From: Azolla caroliniana
Lineage: Eukaryota; Plantae; Polypodiophyta
Assembly: GCA_043228905.1 (NCBI GenBank)
Contig: JBHGNT010000002.1
Coordinates: 17,112,001 to 17,176,000, forward strand
Direction: 5' to 3'
DNA length: 64,000 nucleotides
A program made the position numbers and the translations under genes. The notes under the pieces were generated by a model that had not been told where the DNA came from, made no database searches, and worked only from the letters and a program-made list of their open reading frames with translations. Positions 12,726 to 25,908 of this stretch are shown here, piece by piece (position 1 is the stretch's first letter; every line of letters starts with the position of its first letter).

Positions 12726-13427
12726 TGTTACGGGCATGACCATATAATATCCCGTGGTAAGAATTTACCGTAGTATTCTATACACGTGGATAAGTGTGAG
12801 GGTTAAACGAGAGTGTAAAGAAGGGGAGGATTACTTTTAATCCTCGGGATTGAGACAACCCATTAGGTCAAGTGTGAACTTGCCTGGGGGCCTTGGGTAT
12901 CGCTATAAATAAGAGGCCTAGCTACCCTCATTTGAGGATCTTTTGACTACATCGAGACTCTGCTCGTGTGGTGGGTCAACTCTTGTAGCGAGCGCGCCAG
13001 CACCAGGTACGACTCGACGCCACGGCGGTGGTATGGGACACCGATCGAGGCTCGAGTCCGTCTCGATCCCTTCGCTCGGGGGTGGTCGGGTGGATCGACA
13101 CCCTTCTTTCTCTTTCTCCTTTCTATCTATCTTTTCATTATCCTTATCTTAAGCTTACGTTAGTACCAAGATCTATAATATTTGGTATCAGATTTTTGTA
13201 CTAATGTTTCTTTGTTTTTCATTTGTCTTTTGATTGATGCTGATCGATCGTTGTGCGGTTGGCCTTGATCCAGACAACGATCAACAAAGAACTTCGGTAA
13301 CTCTTTCCATAATTTTTCTTTCTATTCTCTCTTCTCCCATCTAATCATGTGTTTAGTTTATATGTAATTTTTTTCATTAAGTCAATGATGTTGTAGTGGT
13401 CTTTAATTGATTATCTAAAACGTTTAC

Positions 13428-13700
13428 ATATGTGCACGAGGTCAATACCTCGTTTGACATATTAATAATATGTGATGAGTGTCGTATGCGTACGAGGTTA
13501 ATACCTCAATTACGTATTACGATCACGAACATATGTTACGTTTGCGTATGAGTTTAATACCTTGATTTGTTGTAAACGATATGCGTTTGGTCTCGTATGC
13601 GTAAGAGGTCAATACCTCCATTGCGTATTACGATGATCTCTTATTTGTGGATGTTTCGTGTGCGTAGAGGTATATACCTCGATTACGTATCTCGATCACA
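13428..13700 (+). repeat. Array of five stem-loop repeats in the chromovirus 5' leader
   Basis: Core GAGGT-(C/T)AAT-ACCTC at ~13438, 13494, 13550 (degenerate), 13605 and 13667 (ATAT loop), spaced ~55-62 nt apart, each with an extended stem. Confidence 0.75.
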
Positions 13701-14868
13701 TGATTTGTGGCTATTTAATATAACGATATGTTTAATATAGGCATATGTGGTCACATATATACGTATTTGATCGTATATATGTGATAAGTAAACATATGTG
13801 TATATTCGTTATTACGTGATTATATCGAAAGTTGTCCTTGTCGGGAAAAGGATGTTGGTGGCCGTCCTCACATTTTTGTGAGAATGGCGTTGTCACCATC
13901 CCTTTTTCAACATTTTTTTATTGTTGATAACCCCATTGACGACCTCGATTTCGTTACATAAAGAAACGCGAATAGCCAAAATGATGTTGAGTATGTAGGG
14001 CTTGACCCACTTCAAGTGAGGTCGCTCCAATGATGCACGTATCCAACATCCCTCCCTCGTTACATGGATACGATGCCACCATGAGCTCGTTCTTACGAGA
14101 GGCATTCGTAATGACGTGACCATGTGATGGCCCACGTGAGCCTACTACGAAACGAGGGCTCATTTGGCTTGACCATTAGGTTGCCCTTTGGCATATGCCA
14201 TCGTAATTACAAGACTTGAGGTTAGGTAACGTACCAACATAGTTTTGGTAAATGAGGGCGAAATAAGGACCTTGACATATATGTTCTTTTAAAAAAACAT
14301 ATATGATCAATTGCCTCGCATATCTCTTATACGCAACAAACATTAAGCATTCGAGAAGAGCAACTTACTTGGTTGGCTCAAGTGTTTAATGTATTTGTTC
14401 TCGAGGTCTCGAGTTCAAATATGACCAAGACCATACAACATCCTTGATACATATGACTATAACACATGTTTAGACTTAAGGTCTAAGTGCACCTCGGGGT
14501 CCTCGTAATAGGACTTAAAGAGCCGAAACCACTTATGTGGGCACCGAAACATAGTTTATTGTTAACATTTTTTTTCGTGTATAAACTATTCATGACGCGA
14601 ACATACATGGTTGAGCCTCGGGGAGCCACCATGAAAAAATTGATATAGAGATCAGGGAAAGACATTTATTTGTCACCCCCATGGTTTTTAAAACACCTTT
14701 GTGTTACCATAGTAACCTGATCTTGAACCTCATCTCATACGTCTAGAGGGGTATTGACGTGAGATAATGATATCGATTAATGCTCGCCCATGATATGTTT
14801 ACATCACGACATGATGTTATGACTATATCTCTGACCTTATCCTATTTCTTTTCCAGAAATAATCTTTA

Positions 14869-17800
14869 ATGGCTCAAATTAACGACCCGATGTCATCCGC
14901 TCAAGCGGAAGGAACTCAAGGGAATCCTCCTGGACAAATGTCCACTGAGATGTATTTGGCACAAATAACCCAATACCTTAGTTTCACCGCTCAACAGATG
15001 ACCGAACTTCGGCAATCTCAGAGTGCTCTTGAGGCACGTGTCATTAGTCTACAACGTGAGACTAATAGACCTGATGAGCGACAAGGTGAACCATCATTTG
15101 TCGTTAAGCCATTTACGGGAGACAAAAAGGAAAGAACCGAAGAAGCAATCTGCACATGGCTGGGACGATGGGAGTCTCATTTTGAGCTCTATCCCACGCC
15201 AGATAGTACGAAGATTGCATATGTCGGCCGAGAACTAGGGGGTAAGGCCGCCGCCTGGTGGCGTGGCCTCCGTACTATGGGGAAATTGCCCGATACCTGG
15301 ACAGATTTTGTCACGGTTTTTAAGGGCCAATTTTTGCAACCTCCCTCTCGAACCGAGGCAGCACAAGCTTTAATGAACCTCTCTAGCAGGAAATTTTCCT
15401 CGCTAGAGGACTATGTTCACCATGCTAGAACCCAAATCCAAAAATCGGGTCTAGAAGGGGACAATTGGTTGATAGCTTGTTTTGTCAATGGCATCCCCAA
15501 TTCGGACTATCACTGGATAGTGCACGATAAGGATCCAAAATCCTTCGAAGAGGCCGTTGAAATAGTTCTTCGCTATCAATGCACTTCGAAGAAGGACCAT
15601 AACAAACCCAACGAAGCGCTCGGGACTAAGCAGTCACAATTTGTTGGGAAACGCAAGACACCCAACGAATTCCTGGATCGCGATTGTAAGCGACAACATC
15701 CTTTTTGCGTATTCTGCAAAAAGAAGGGTCATACAAAAGATCAATGTCGAAAGCTCCAACGGAAAGAGCACGACAACAAAGCTAAAGCTGCAGACCATAA
15801 AGGTCAGATTCCTAATGTCCTTCAGGTCTATACACATCATTTAAGTAATTGTCAATGTTCTTTCCCTCACTATGTATTGGGTCCCAATGATTTACTACGT
15901 GCAAACGGGTATATCAATGGATCTCCCGTACAATTTTTATTTGATTCGGGAAGCTCACACAATTTTGTGAATGATCGTTTGGTTCAGATATGGGGAATCC
16001 AACCCACCGTAAGTGATCACACCTACACGGTGCACTTGGCTGATGGAAGAGTACAATACATCAACGGGGCGATTCATTCATTAGGAATTTCTATTGATAC
16101 TTATATAGAGGAAGTAGACTTCCATGTAATGAATCTTTGTACCACCGATGTAATACTGGGTTATCCCTGGTTTTATAATAAAAACTCTTCTTTATTTATT
16201 GATTGGGTTCGTCATTCCATTTCTTTTGTACTAAACGATTGTACGCATTTTATTCAATGTGTAAAAAAACAATCCCTCTCGATTGTTTCCTCGTGTCCAT
16301 CAATATCCGAGTTGTCTTGTTCTACGTTATTTTATTGTGTACTTGATCCGAACATTCACGTTTACAATATCGATAATGTCCCGATTCAATTAACATATTT
16401 TGAACAACAGCAACTTGATGAGCTCTTAGATGATTTTCATGATGTTTTTCCAAGTGAACTACCTGATGGGTTACCTCCTAAACGTAATATAGACCATCGT
16501 ATAGATATTGTACCTGGTGTTGCACCAATAAGTATACCTCCGTATCGCTTAAGTCGATCCGAAGAAGATGAGGTATCTAAGCAACTCAAGGACTATTTAC
16601 GAATGGGTTATATACGTTATAGTAAATCTCCATGGGGTGCACCAGTTCTCTTGGTTAAAAAGAAAGAGGGCACATGGCGTATGTGTATTAATTACCGACG
16701 CTTGAATAAAGTGACGATCAAGAATTCGTATCCATTGCCCCGGGCTGACGATCTAATTGACCGTCTCCAGGGAGCTCGGTATTTTACGAAACTTGATCTC
16801 CGTACTGGCTACCATCAAATACGAATAAGTGAGGACGATGTTCCTAAAACGGCATTTCGTACGCGCTATGGACATTACGAGTTTTTGGTTATGCCTTTTG
16901 GTTTGACCAATGCTCCGGCTACTTTTCAACAAGAAATGAATGACATTTTCCGAGAACAACTTGGAAAATTTGTCGTTATTTTCTTGGATGATATTTTAAT
17001 TTATAGCCGTACATTACAAGAACATGCTAGACATGTCCGCTTTGTTTTACAAACATTGCGTGACAAACAGTTTTATGCGAAGATCTCAAAATGTGAGTTC
17101 TTCAAGAAATCAATTACTTATCTAGGACATCTCATAACCGAACGAGGAGTTGAAATTGATCCTTCTCGCATTGAGAAAATCAAGCTTTGGCCCACTCTTC
17201 GGAATATTCGAGAAGTTCGATCATTCCTTGGTTTTGTGGGGTTTTTGCGAAAGTCTCTTCGTAATTACTCCCAATTGACGACGTCGTTTACTGATCTTTT
17301 AAAAGGTCAAACGCGTAAGTCTACAAAACCTATTGTGTGGAATGCTACACTAGACCTTGCATTTAAGGAACTCAAGGACCTAGTTTGCAAGGCTCCTTCA
17401 CTTCTTTTACCTGATCCTTCAAAACCTTTTGAGGTTGAAACCGATGCAAGCGATTATGCTATAGGTGCTGTCTTGTATCAAGATGCTAAACCAATAGCAT
17501 TCGAGAGTAAGAAACTTGATTCTGCTCAATGTCGGTATACCGTTCAAGAAAAGGAATTATTTGCAGTTATACATGCGCTCAAAACATGGCGCCATTATCT
17601 TTATGGAAATCACTTTGTGGTAACTACGGACCACGAGTCCTTGAAATATTTTTGTCACCAACAAGACCTGAAAGGTCGTAAGGCACGATGGGCTGATCTC
17701 ATCCAGGACTTTGATTTTTCCATACGATATCGTAAAGGTTCCATGAACATTGTCGCTGATGCACTAAGTCGCATCCGTGAAGTTAACACGCTTAGCTTCA

Positions 17801-19302
17801 CTGAAATATCATCAAATCTTTATGATCACCTTCGAGGAAAGTATCCTGATGACAGTTATTTCGCAAAATACTGGGCTAGAGTTGAGTCTAGAACAGACAC
17901 CACCACATCCTTGAAGGAATACTTCCACATTGCTAACGGTTTGCTCTACCGTAATGGGAAGGTTTGTGTTCCAGATTTACCCGAGGTCAAAAAGAGGATT
18001 CTTTTTGAATGCCATGATGCGCCCTCAGCAGGGCACCCTGGAATACATCGTACACTCGTTCTCATCTCCACTCAATTTTATTGGCCTAAGATGCGTCCTG
18101 ACATACATAGCTATGTGACTAAATGTCACCAGTGTCAGGTTAACAAAGCCGAGCGACTTAAAGCCGCAGGACTTTTACATCCCTTGGACATTCCCAATAA
18201 TAAGTGGGAAAGTATATCCATGGATTTTATTGTTAGCCTTCCTCGCACCCAAAAAGGTCATGATGCCATCTGGGTTGTCGTTGATCGACTAACTAAAATG
18301 GCCAGATTTATTGCTACTAAAACCACGGTAACAGCTCCTGAATTGGCTTACCAATTTGTTGACGAATTGTTTCGTTTTTATGGGTTACCGATGGATATCG
18401 TGAGTGATCGAGATCCAAAGTTTACTAGTGACTTCTGGACACAAGTCTTTAAGAAGTTAGAAACTACGTTGAGCATGAGCTCCACGGATCATCCTCAATC
18501 CGATGGACAGACAGAACGAGTAAATCAAATTATTGAGGACATGCTTCGAGCATACGTTGGTGCAAAACCAACAAAATGGGAACGTTATCTCCCAATTTTG
18601 GAGTTTGCTTATAACAGCTCCAAGCATACGTCGACGGGATATAGTCCTTTTATGTTGATGTATGGTTTTCAGCCACGAGCCCCGATTGATGTTAATATAC
18701 ATCATGATGAGTTGCGAAGTACGCAAAACTTTCTTCGGGATATGCAAGATATGTTGCATATTGCACGAGATAATATAAAAACAGCTCAAGATAGAGCGCG
18801 TTTTTATGCCGATCATCATAGGCAACCTCGTGGATTCAACCCTGGACAGAAGGTATTTTTACGTGTACCTCACAATTCTAAGACATTGTCTACGGGTAAG
18901 AGCGCTAAGTTAGCCCCACGGTTTTGTGGACCTTTTACAGTCCTCAAACGAATTGGGTCATCAGCCTATCGTCTCGCTCTTCCCGATGGTGTCGGAATTC
19001 ATCCAGTCTTTCATGTGAGTCGTCTAAAAGAACTTCTAGGTTCTGGCGACAATACAGTTACGACTGAAACTCTGGTTACTTCTGAAGAATTATCTTATAA
19101 ACCACATGTACCAGAAAGAATTCTCGATGTTAAAACAAAAAAATTACGTACTAAAGAAATCCGAGAATTTAAAATAAAATGGATGGATAAATCAATAAAA
19201 GATGCCACATGGGAACGCGAAAATACTCTTAGAACTAACTTCCCTAACTTTCCATTGCAAGAGTGCAATGTTTTAAAGAGGGGGAGTATGTTACGGGCAT
19301 GA
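14869..19302 (+). CDS. gag-pol: Gag-Pol polyprotein: gag, CCHC knuckle, aspartic protease, RT, RNase H, integrase, chromodomain
   Basis: Uninterrupted 1477 aa: [63 protein letters not shown] zinc finger, SMDF..VSDRD..GQTER, GPF, PERILD...IKW......ATWE. The stop lies inside the 3' LTR. Confidence 0.97.
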   Translation: MAQINDPMSSAQAEGTQGNPPGQMSTEMYLAQITQYLSFTAQQMTELRQSQSALEARVISLQRETNRPDERQGEPSFVVKPFTGDKKERTEEAICTWLGRWESHFELYPTPDSTKIAYVGRELGGKAAAWWRGLRTMGKLPDTWTDFVTVFKGQFLQPPSRTEAAQALMNLSSRKFSSLEDYVHHARTQIQKSGLEGDNWLIACFVNGIPNSDYHWIVHDKDPKSFEEAVEIVLRYQCTSKKDHNKPNEALGTKQSQFVGKRKTPNEFLDRDCKRQHPFCVFCKKKGHTKDQCRKLQRKEHDNKAKAADHKGQIPNVLQVYTHHLSNCQCSFPHYVLGPNDLLRANGYINGSPVQFLFDSGSSHNFVNDRLVQIWGIQPTVSDHTYTVHLADGRVQYINGAIHSLGISIDTYIEEVDFHVMNLCTTDVILGYPWFYNKNSSLFIDWVRHSISFVLNDCTHFIQCVKKQSLSIVSSCPSISELSCSTLFYCVLDPNIHVYNIDNVPIQLTYFEQQQLDELLDDFHDVFPSELPDGLPPKRNIDHRIDIVPGVAPISIPPYRLSRSEEDEVSKQLKDYLRMGYIRYSKSPWGAPVLLVKKKEGTWRMCINYRRLNKVTIKNSYPLPRADDLIDRLQGARYFTKLDLRTGYHQIRISEDDVPKTAFRTRYGHYEFLVMPFGLTNAPATFQQEMNDIFREQLGKFVVIFLDDILIYSRTLQEHARHVRFVLQTLRDKQFYAKISKCEFFKKSITYLGHLITERGVEIDPSRIEKIKLWPTLRNIREVRSFLGFVGFLRKSLRNYSQLTTSFTDLLKGQTRKSTKPIVWNATLDLAFKELKDLVCKAPSLLLPDPSKPFEVETDASDYAIGAVLYQDAKPIAFESKKLDSAQCRYTVQEKELFAVIHALKTWRHYLYGNHFVVTTDHESLKYFCHQQDLKGRKARWADLIQDFDFSIRYRKGSMNIVADALSRIREVNTLSFTEISSNLYDHLRGKYPDDSYFAKYWARVESRTDTTTSLKEYFHIANGLLYRNGKVCVPDLPEVKKRILFECHDAPSAGHPGIHRTLVLISTQFYWPKMRPDIHSYVTKCHQCQVNKAERLKAAGLLHPLDIPNNKWESISMDFIVSLPRTQKGHDAIWVVVDRLTKMARFIATKTTVTAPELAYQFVDELFRFYGLPMDIVSDRDPKFTSDFWTQVFKKLETTLSMSSTDHPQSDGQTERVNQIIEDMLRAYVGAKPTKWERYLPILEFAYNSSKHTSTGYSPFMLMYGFQPRAPIDVNIHHDELRSTQNFLRDMQDMLHIARDNIKTAQDRARFYADHHRQPRGFNPGQKVFLRVPHNSKTLSTGKSAKLAPRFCGPFTVLKRIGSSAYRLALPDGVGIHPVFHVSRLKELLGSGDNTVTTETLVTSEELSYKPHVPERILDVKTKKLRTKEIREFKIKWMDKSIKDATWERENTLRTNFPNFPLQECNVLKRGSMLRA

Positions 19303-19785
19303 CCATATAATATCCCGTGGTAAGAATTTACCGTAGTATTCTATACACGTGGATAAGTGTGAGGGTTAAACGAGAGTGTAAAGAAGGGGAGGATTACTTT
19401 TAATCCTCGGGATTGAGACAACCCATTAGGTCAAGTGTGAACTTGCCTGGGGGCCTTGGGTATCGCTATAAATAAGAGGCCTAGCTACCCTCATTTGAGG
19501 ATCTTTTGACTACATCGAGACTCTGCTCGTGTGGTGGGTCAAATCTTGTAGCGAGCGCGCCAGCACCAGGTACGACTCGACGCCACGGCGGTGGTATGGG
19601 ACGCCGATCGAGGCTCGAGTCCGTCTCGATCCCTTCGCTCGGGGGTGGTCGGGTGGATCGGCACCCTTCTTTCTCTTTCTCCTTTCTATCTATCTTTTCA
19701 TTATCCTTATCTTAAGCTTACGTTAGTACCAAGATCTATAATATTGATGGTAGGTCAGTTTTATTGTAATAATTGTTCATAACTA

Positions 19786-21340
19786 ATGTATGTATATGTA
19801 GTCATGTATAAATGAATTTAGGTATGTCCATGTATGAATTTACATATGTGTATGCATATGTCAATGTACATGATTCAATGTATATGAATGTGTGATTGTA
19901 ATATATGCATATGCAATGTATGTATGTTCGTGCATGAATGTACATATGTGTATATATGTAATATGTAATGTATATATGTGTAACAGTGGTTGCATATATG
20001 CATACATGAGTGTGTGGATGTTTATTCGTAATATTTATGTATGTGTATGTATATATGTATTTATTGTAGTTGGTGATGATATATATGTACATATGTAATG
20101 TATGTATGCATCTGTATGTAATGTATTTATGTGTATGGATGTCTGTTTGTAAAACTTATAACATTGCATGCATATGTACGTATATATATGGTGATATGTG
20201 GAACATGTATGTACATATGTAATGTATGTATGTGTATCCATATATGTATATGTCAATATACATCATTCAATGAGTATGAATGTGTTTGTAATATGTGCAT
20301 AATATGTATGTATATATCCAATGTATGTGTGTGTGTGTATGTGGTCATATGTATGCAAATGTATGAATGTATGTATGTGTATATATGTAATGTATTTATG
20401 TATGTATATTTTTGGGATATTTTCATGTTTAGTATGTATATGGCTCGTATATGGATGCATGTTTGTAATATGTATGTAATATGCATGTATATATCCAATG
20501 TATGTGTAAGTATTGTGGTTTGTATGGTCCAATATAATATATATATATATATGGTGATATGTGGAATATGTAATATATCTATGTATGTATATATGTAATT
20601 TATGTATGTGCAAATTTGTATATTGTGTGATAGGTATGGATTATATGCTATGTAATATCTAATTTATTTATGTGTGTGTGCACGTGTATATACATAATAT
20701 ACATATATGTAATATATGTAACTTGTTTGTAAATTGTAAATATGAAGATTTGTATACATATAATATGTAATCTTAGGTATTAATATGTGTGTGCATGTGT
20801 ACATATATAATATATAATATGTAATTTAATTTTTTGTGTATGTATGTACATATTGTATTGTATTGTATGTATGGAATGTGTGTATATGTGTATATATATA
20901 ATATGTTTTTTTTTTTTTTGTTTGGTTTGTATATTTGCATTTGTATAAAATTGTGTGTATAATAATATGTGTGTAATATTTAATATATAAAATATGTTTG
21001 TAAATTGTAAAAATGTGTATACATACATATATATAATATGTAATTTTTATGTATGTATTATGTATATATGTATGTCAATATATATGGCTGATTCTAATAT
21101 GTATGTAGTATGTAATGCATGTATGTACGTGTATGTACATATTTACATATGGTCATATATATTTGTAGATATATTAATGTTTAGTCAGTATGCATGTATA
21201 AATGGGTGTAATGTATGTATATACATATTCATGGATGTAATGTTTGAATGTAGGTATATATGGATGCATGCATGTGTATGTAATTTTGTATGTATATATG
21301 CTACTCCAAATTTGAGTATTGTTTGCATAATACATTCTTT
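19786..21340. repeat. TA/TG-rich low-complexity array
   Basis: Same composition and units as 9790-10805. Confidence 0.9.
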
Positions 21341-21529
21341 ACTATCTCATTGAAATATCTAATATTTCACAGGCTTATGTAATTTTTTTTTCCAGCATAA
21401 TTGATAATACCCTTATGTAAATATATTTTCAAATCCTTATTAATACCCTTATATATATATATATTCTGTATCTCACTGATTAATTAAAACCCCGTTTGAT
21501 GAACTCACGTGCTATCATATAAGTTTTGA

Positions 21530-24500
21530 CAGTGAAGCCCTCGGGCCGGTTCTCATCCGGAGGGACCGAATTCCCAACAAACTCCCCCTTCACTCTGGGA
21601 TGGGATTTCTTGTTAATCCGATCTGTCTTCGGCACGCATCCAGCTTGTCGGTTGAAAGCACCTTGGTTAGCATACCCGATCCGTTCTCCTTCGTGTGGAT
21701 CTTCGTCAACACAAATTCTTGATCTTCTACCTTCTCCCGGAGCTAGTGATATCTCCTCTGGATGTGCTTGGTCCAGGAATGGTAGGCCGCATTCTTCACA
21801 AGGTGGATGGCACTTTGACTGTCGTAGTAGAATCAATATTCCTCCTGTTGGATCCCTAGCTCTCCGATGAAGTCCTTCATCCAAATTACTTCCTTGCCAG
21901 CTTCCACAATTGCCATATACTCCACTTCCGTTGTTGATAGTGCAACGGACTTCTGTAACCTCGACTGCCACGATATGGCTCCCCCTGCATAAGTCATAAC
22001 ATATCTGGATGTAGACTGGCTGGTATCCGCATTAGCCGACATATCCAAATCCGTGAATCCGTCTAGTTGGGGTTTACTAGCGCTGAATCGGAGGCACATA
22101 CTCGAGGTACCTTTCAAATACCGGAGTATCCACTTGGCCACGTTCCATTGTTCTTTTCTGGGATTGCTCATGAACCGACTCACCACTCCGATTGCATATC
22201 CGATATCCGGCCGGGTACACACCATTGCGTACATCAAGCTACCTACGGTGGAGGCATATGGTATCTTTATCATATCTGTCTTCTCTGCCTTTGTCTTAGG
22301 GCTTTGCTTTACGGATAGCTTGCAATTTGCCGGGAGTGTCGATCCGACCGGTTTTGCATCCGACATGTTGAACCGCTGAAGCACCTTTGTCACGTACTTT
22401 TCTTGTGACAACCATAATAGCTTCTTCTTCCGGTTTTAGGGTTGCCGGACCCAAATCTTTCATGGAGAAGGTCCGGTTGAAGGCCTTCTTCAGCATCCCG
22501 ATTTTGGTTCGGTTCAGTCCGACGATCAACATGTCATCCACATACAGAAGGAGTATTTGGAAATCGCCTCTGTTGAATTTCTTCACAAACACGCAGTGAT
22601 CGACTTGCGTTTTGTGGTACCCTTGATCGTTCATGAAGGAGTTGAACTTCCGGTACCATTGCCGGGGGGCTTGCTTCAATCCATATAAACTCTTCTTCAG
22701 TCGCCACACCAAGTGCTCCTTCCCTTTCTTCTCAAATCCTTCCGGTTGATGCATGTAGATCTCTTCTTCGAGGTTGCCATGTAGGAATGCCGTCTTGACG
22801 TCCAGTTGCTCTACCTTGAGGTCCATGCTTGCTGCTATGCCCAATACCATCCGGATGGATGTCATCTTTATTGCCGGGGCAAAGATCACATCGAAGTCCA
22901 CTCCTTTCTTATGCTGGAAACCCTTCACCACGATCCAGGCCTTATACCTTTGTGGATTTCCGGCGTCTCCCGGTTTCAACTTGTACACCTACTTGTTCCG
23001 GAGTGCCCTCTTTCCTTTCGGCAAGTCCGTCAGTTCGTATGTGTGGTTCTCATGCAGGGAATCCATCTCGTCCTGCATGGCACTCAACCACTTGCAGCTA
23101 TGGGTGTCTTTCTTTGCTTCTTCGAAGCTTTCCGGATCCCCCTCACCGGTCAACAATACGTGCTTTGCATCCGGAAATTTCTGGGGGGCTCTTCTCTCCA
23201 TGAGAGGGTATCTCCGCCTTTGGTCTTTAACTACCCGTTCCTTCGTTTGTTCTTCATCCGAATCTGATTCGGGGTCTTGTCTGGTTCCGGTGTCTCCTTC
23301 TTCTTCTCCGGTCGGTTCGGTTTCTTGTCCGAATTTGGCCGGTTCATCAAGTGTCAATATGTTACTGGCTAACTTTCCGTTTTCAACCGGGTAGGTCCTT
23401 GTGTCCTCAAACCAAATTTCATTGGATGATCCAGAGTTCTTCACCTTCTTCTCCGACTCCTAGTTGGCAATGGTCTTGTCTTCCATGAACACTATATCCC
23501 GACTCCGGAACACCTTCTTGTCGACCAGGTCCCACACTCGATAACCAAACTCATCATCGCCGTATCCAAGGAATATGCATGGCCTGGACTTCGGATCCAG
23601 CTTTGCTCTCTTGTCCTTTGTGACGTGCACATATGCGAGATAGCCAAACACCTTCAGATGCCGGTAAGATACATCTTTACCGGTCCATACTTTCTGCGGT
23701 GAGTCTCCTTCCAAGGGTGTTGAGGGTGATCTGTTTATCACATAGGTTGCCGTCATCAGCGCCTCAGCCCAAAACGTCTTGGGAAACTTGGCATGTGCTA
23801 GCATGCTTCAGACTCTCTCCATTATGGTCCGGTTCATCCATTCAGCCAACCTGGTCAATTCCCGCATCTTCGGCACGGTAAATTCGAGCCGGATTCCCTT
23901 CGACCGGAAGTACTCCTCAAACTTCCCCCGGTATTCTCCTCCGTTATCTGCTCGAACCGCCTTTAGGTTATGGCCTGTTTCTCTTTCCACTCTCGCGTGG
24001 AGCTCGTTGAAGACGGATAACACTTGATCCTTTGTCTTCAGCGGTGAGACCCACAGCTTTCGGCTATGGTCGTCTATGAATGTCACGAAGTACTGCAATA
24101 CAGCATGTGACTTCGTGTCCACTTGACACACATCGGTATGCACCAGCTCTAGTGGTGCATTCCTTCTCATCGGTGGTCTTGACCGGAAGGAGCTTCGGTT
24201 TTGCTTGCCGGCCAAGCAATCGGTGCACTTCTCAAGTTGCACGTCCTTCACTAGAATGAGATTGGGTTTAGGGTTTAGGGTTTAGTCTCTTCATCCCCTT
24301 CTGACGCATGTGACACAAGCTCTTGTGCCACAGATTACCGGCAGTGTCAGATGCTACATTCACTTCTTCCTGGCATATCCGGGCATGCATAAGATACAAC
24401 GTGTTGATCTTCCGGGCTCGAACCACGATCATGCTTCCTTTGCTGAATTTCATGACTCCGTTCCGGATGCTACCTGTGTAGCCTTCATCATCTTCTAGCC

Positions 24501-25392
24501 GACCGACTGATATCAGGTTCAACCGAACCTCCGAAACGTGTCAGACTTCTTTCAGCAGAAATTTGCATCCGGTTGATGTCTACAACAACAAATCTCTTAT
24601 GCCGACAATTCGGCATGTACCTTCATTCCCCATCCGAATGAGAAGCATTTCCGGTCCAGTGTCAAATGGAATGATGCTCCGGAATCGACAACCCACATTG
24701 TCTTGTTGCCGACAATGTTTAACTCATTCTCCTCGGTAATGAGCATCAGTTCTTCTTCACTTGTCGCGATCGCCAACGTTCCACTTCTCTCCGAAATCTT
24801 CTTCGGTTCCGGTCCGTCGTCTCCCCCTTTGGATTTCCAGAAGCGTCGGCAATTCTTCTAGAAATGCCCCGACTTTCCGCAATAAAAGCAAGTAGGCCTT
24901 CCCCTTAACTTTGACCTCGTCCCCGATTTGTCCCGGTTTTGGGGACTCCGATACCAGTCTCTTCCCCGGTAATGGTCATCTTCCGTGACCAAGGCCTTCA
25001 AATCGGTTCCAGACTCTTGGTCCTTCCGGCGAGCTTCTTCATCTAACAAGCTTGATTTTACCCTTGCTAGGGAAAACTGATTTCCTTCCGGCCCGACATT
25101 GCCCAAACTATCCGGGAGGGAACCGAGTAGGAGCAATGCAAGTACCTCGTTAGCTAGAGGTACTTCGAGCGAAGTTGTTTGGTTTATGAGCCCCTGAAAT
25201 GCGTTCATGTGCTCCGCCATGTTGGATCCGTCCTAGTACCGGAGTCTCACTAACTTCCGGAATACCTAATCCCGATTTACGACGTTTTTAATCTCCAACA
25301 TAGTGCCGATTTTCTCCCAGAGCACATGATCTTTACTTTCTTCATTGAAGTTGTTATATAGGCTCATGTCGATGAAGCACCGGACTACGGCC
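21530..25392 (-). mobile_element. Ty1/copia element B: proximal 3' LTR piece, PPT and degenerate gag-PR-INT-RT-RH; 5' end deleted
   Basis: LTR terminus CCCAACA at 21579 next to reverse PPT AACTCCCCCT; CFYCGKSGH, FIDDHSRK, RADNGGEY, QLDVKTAFLHG, LLYVDDML, SWQSRLQKSVALSTTEVEY; many stops and frameshifts. Confidence 0.92.
24264..24285 (+). repeat. Interstitial plant telomere repeat, three TTTAGGG-type units
   Basis: GGGTTTAGGGTTTAGGGTTTAG inside copia coding sequence. Confidence 0.8.
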
Positions 25393-25577
25393 GGAGAGGC
25401 CGAATAACTACAAAATGGCCGGCCACAACTGCTCTTAAGACGTATGATTTATGAATAGGACTAGAACTCAATGTAAATATTAATATTGAAATGACGCCGG
25501 AAATTGACCCAAACAAAGTATGTATTATAGAATTACTGCATATATCGATTACACGGCTTCCCGCCAACAATATTGTT

Positions 25578-25619
<42 letters not shown>

Positions 25620-25908
25620 AACAGAAAACAGATATACATATATGTCCTTTTCTCGTCTATATCATAAATATCTATATTTCTCTCTTCTACGCTCCCCCTT
25701 TTGCTGCTGCACCCCGCATTATATAGGTCCTGTGTGCCCTCGGCGCGCTCCAACCACTCCTCTGATTTTCAACCCCTATGATCGGTTGCGTGTATTTCAC
25801 TCAACTACTTTCTTCATGCTCGGGTCAATTCTCCTTTTCACACTCGCCTACTTGTTTCCTTTATATGATTCATTTCAGACCTCTTGGCTTTTTGTCTCAT
25901 GGCTAACA
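25393..25908 (+). repeat. 5'-truncated 3' LTR of element X
   Basis: Homologous to 1512-1606 plus 3203-3602 without the TRIM insertion; ends GCTAACA; flank GCTCC versus GCTAA at 1421-1425. Confidence 0.8.

Larger units (their letters stand above)
12726..19743 (+). mobile_element. Intact, recent Ty3/gypsy chromovirus (7018 bp)
   Basis: 455-bp LTRs at 12726-13180 and 19289-19743, about 3 differences seen; iMet PBS TGGTATCAGA at 13183; PPT AAAGAGGGGGAG before 19289; TSD TTGAT at 12721-12725 and 19744-19748. Confidence 0.97.
5239..21523 (+). mobile_element. Large insertion splitting the copia B LTR; putative non-autonomous Helitron
   Basis: Begins TCTCCACTATATATAAG, resembling a Helitron 5' end. 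Ends with a degenerate hairpin (CCCGT..CTCACGTG) but no clean CTRR. No TSD; carries host gene fragments. Confidence 0.4.

Noticed and set aside
13428-13700. Regularly spaced palindromic repeats resembling a CRISPR array
   Set aside because: The repeats are degenerate, the spacers are short, the array lies in a eukaryotic retrotransposon leader, and there are no cas genes.
14370-14430. Weak A/B-box-like sequence (TGGCTCAAGTG...GAGTTCAAAT) in the chromovirus leader
   Set aside because: Too degenerate to distinguish from chance.
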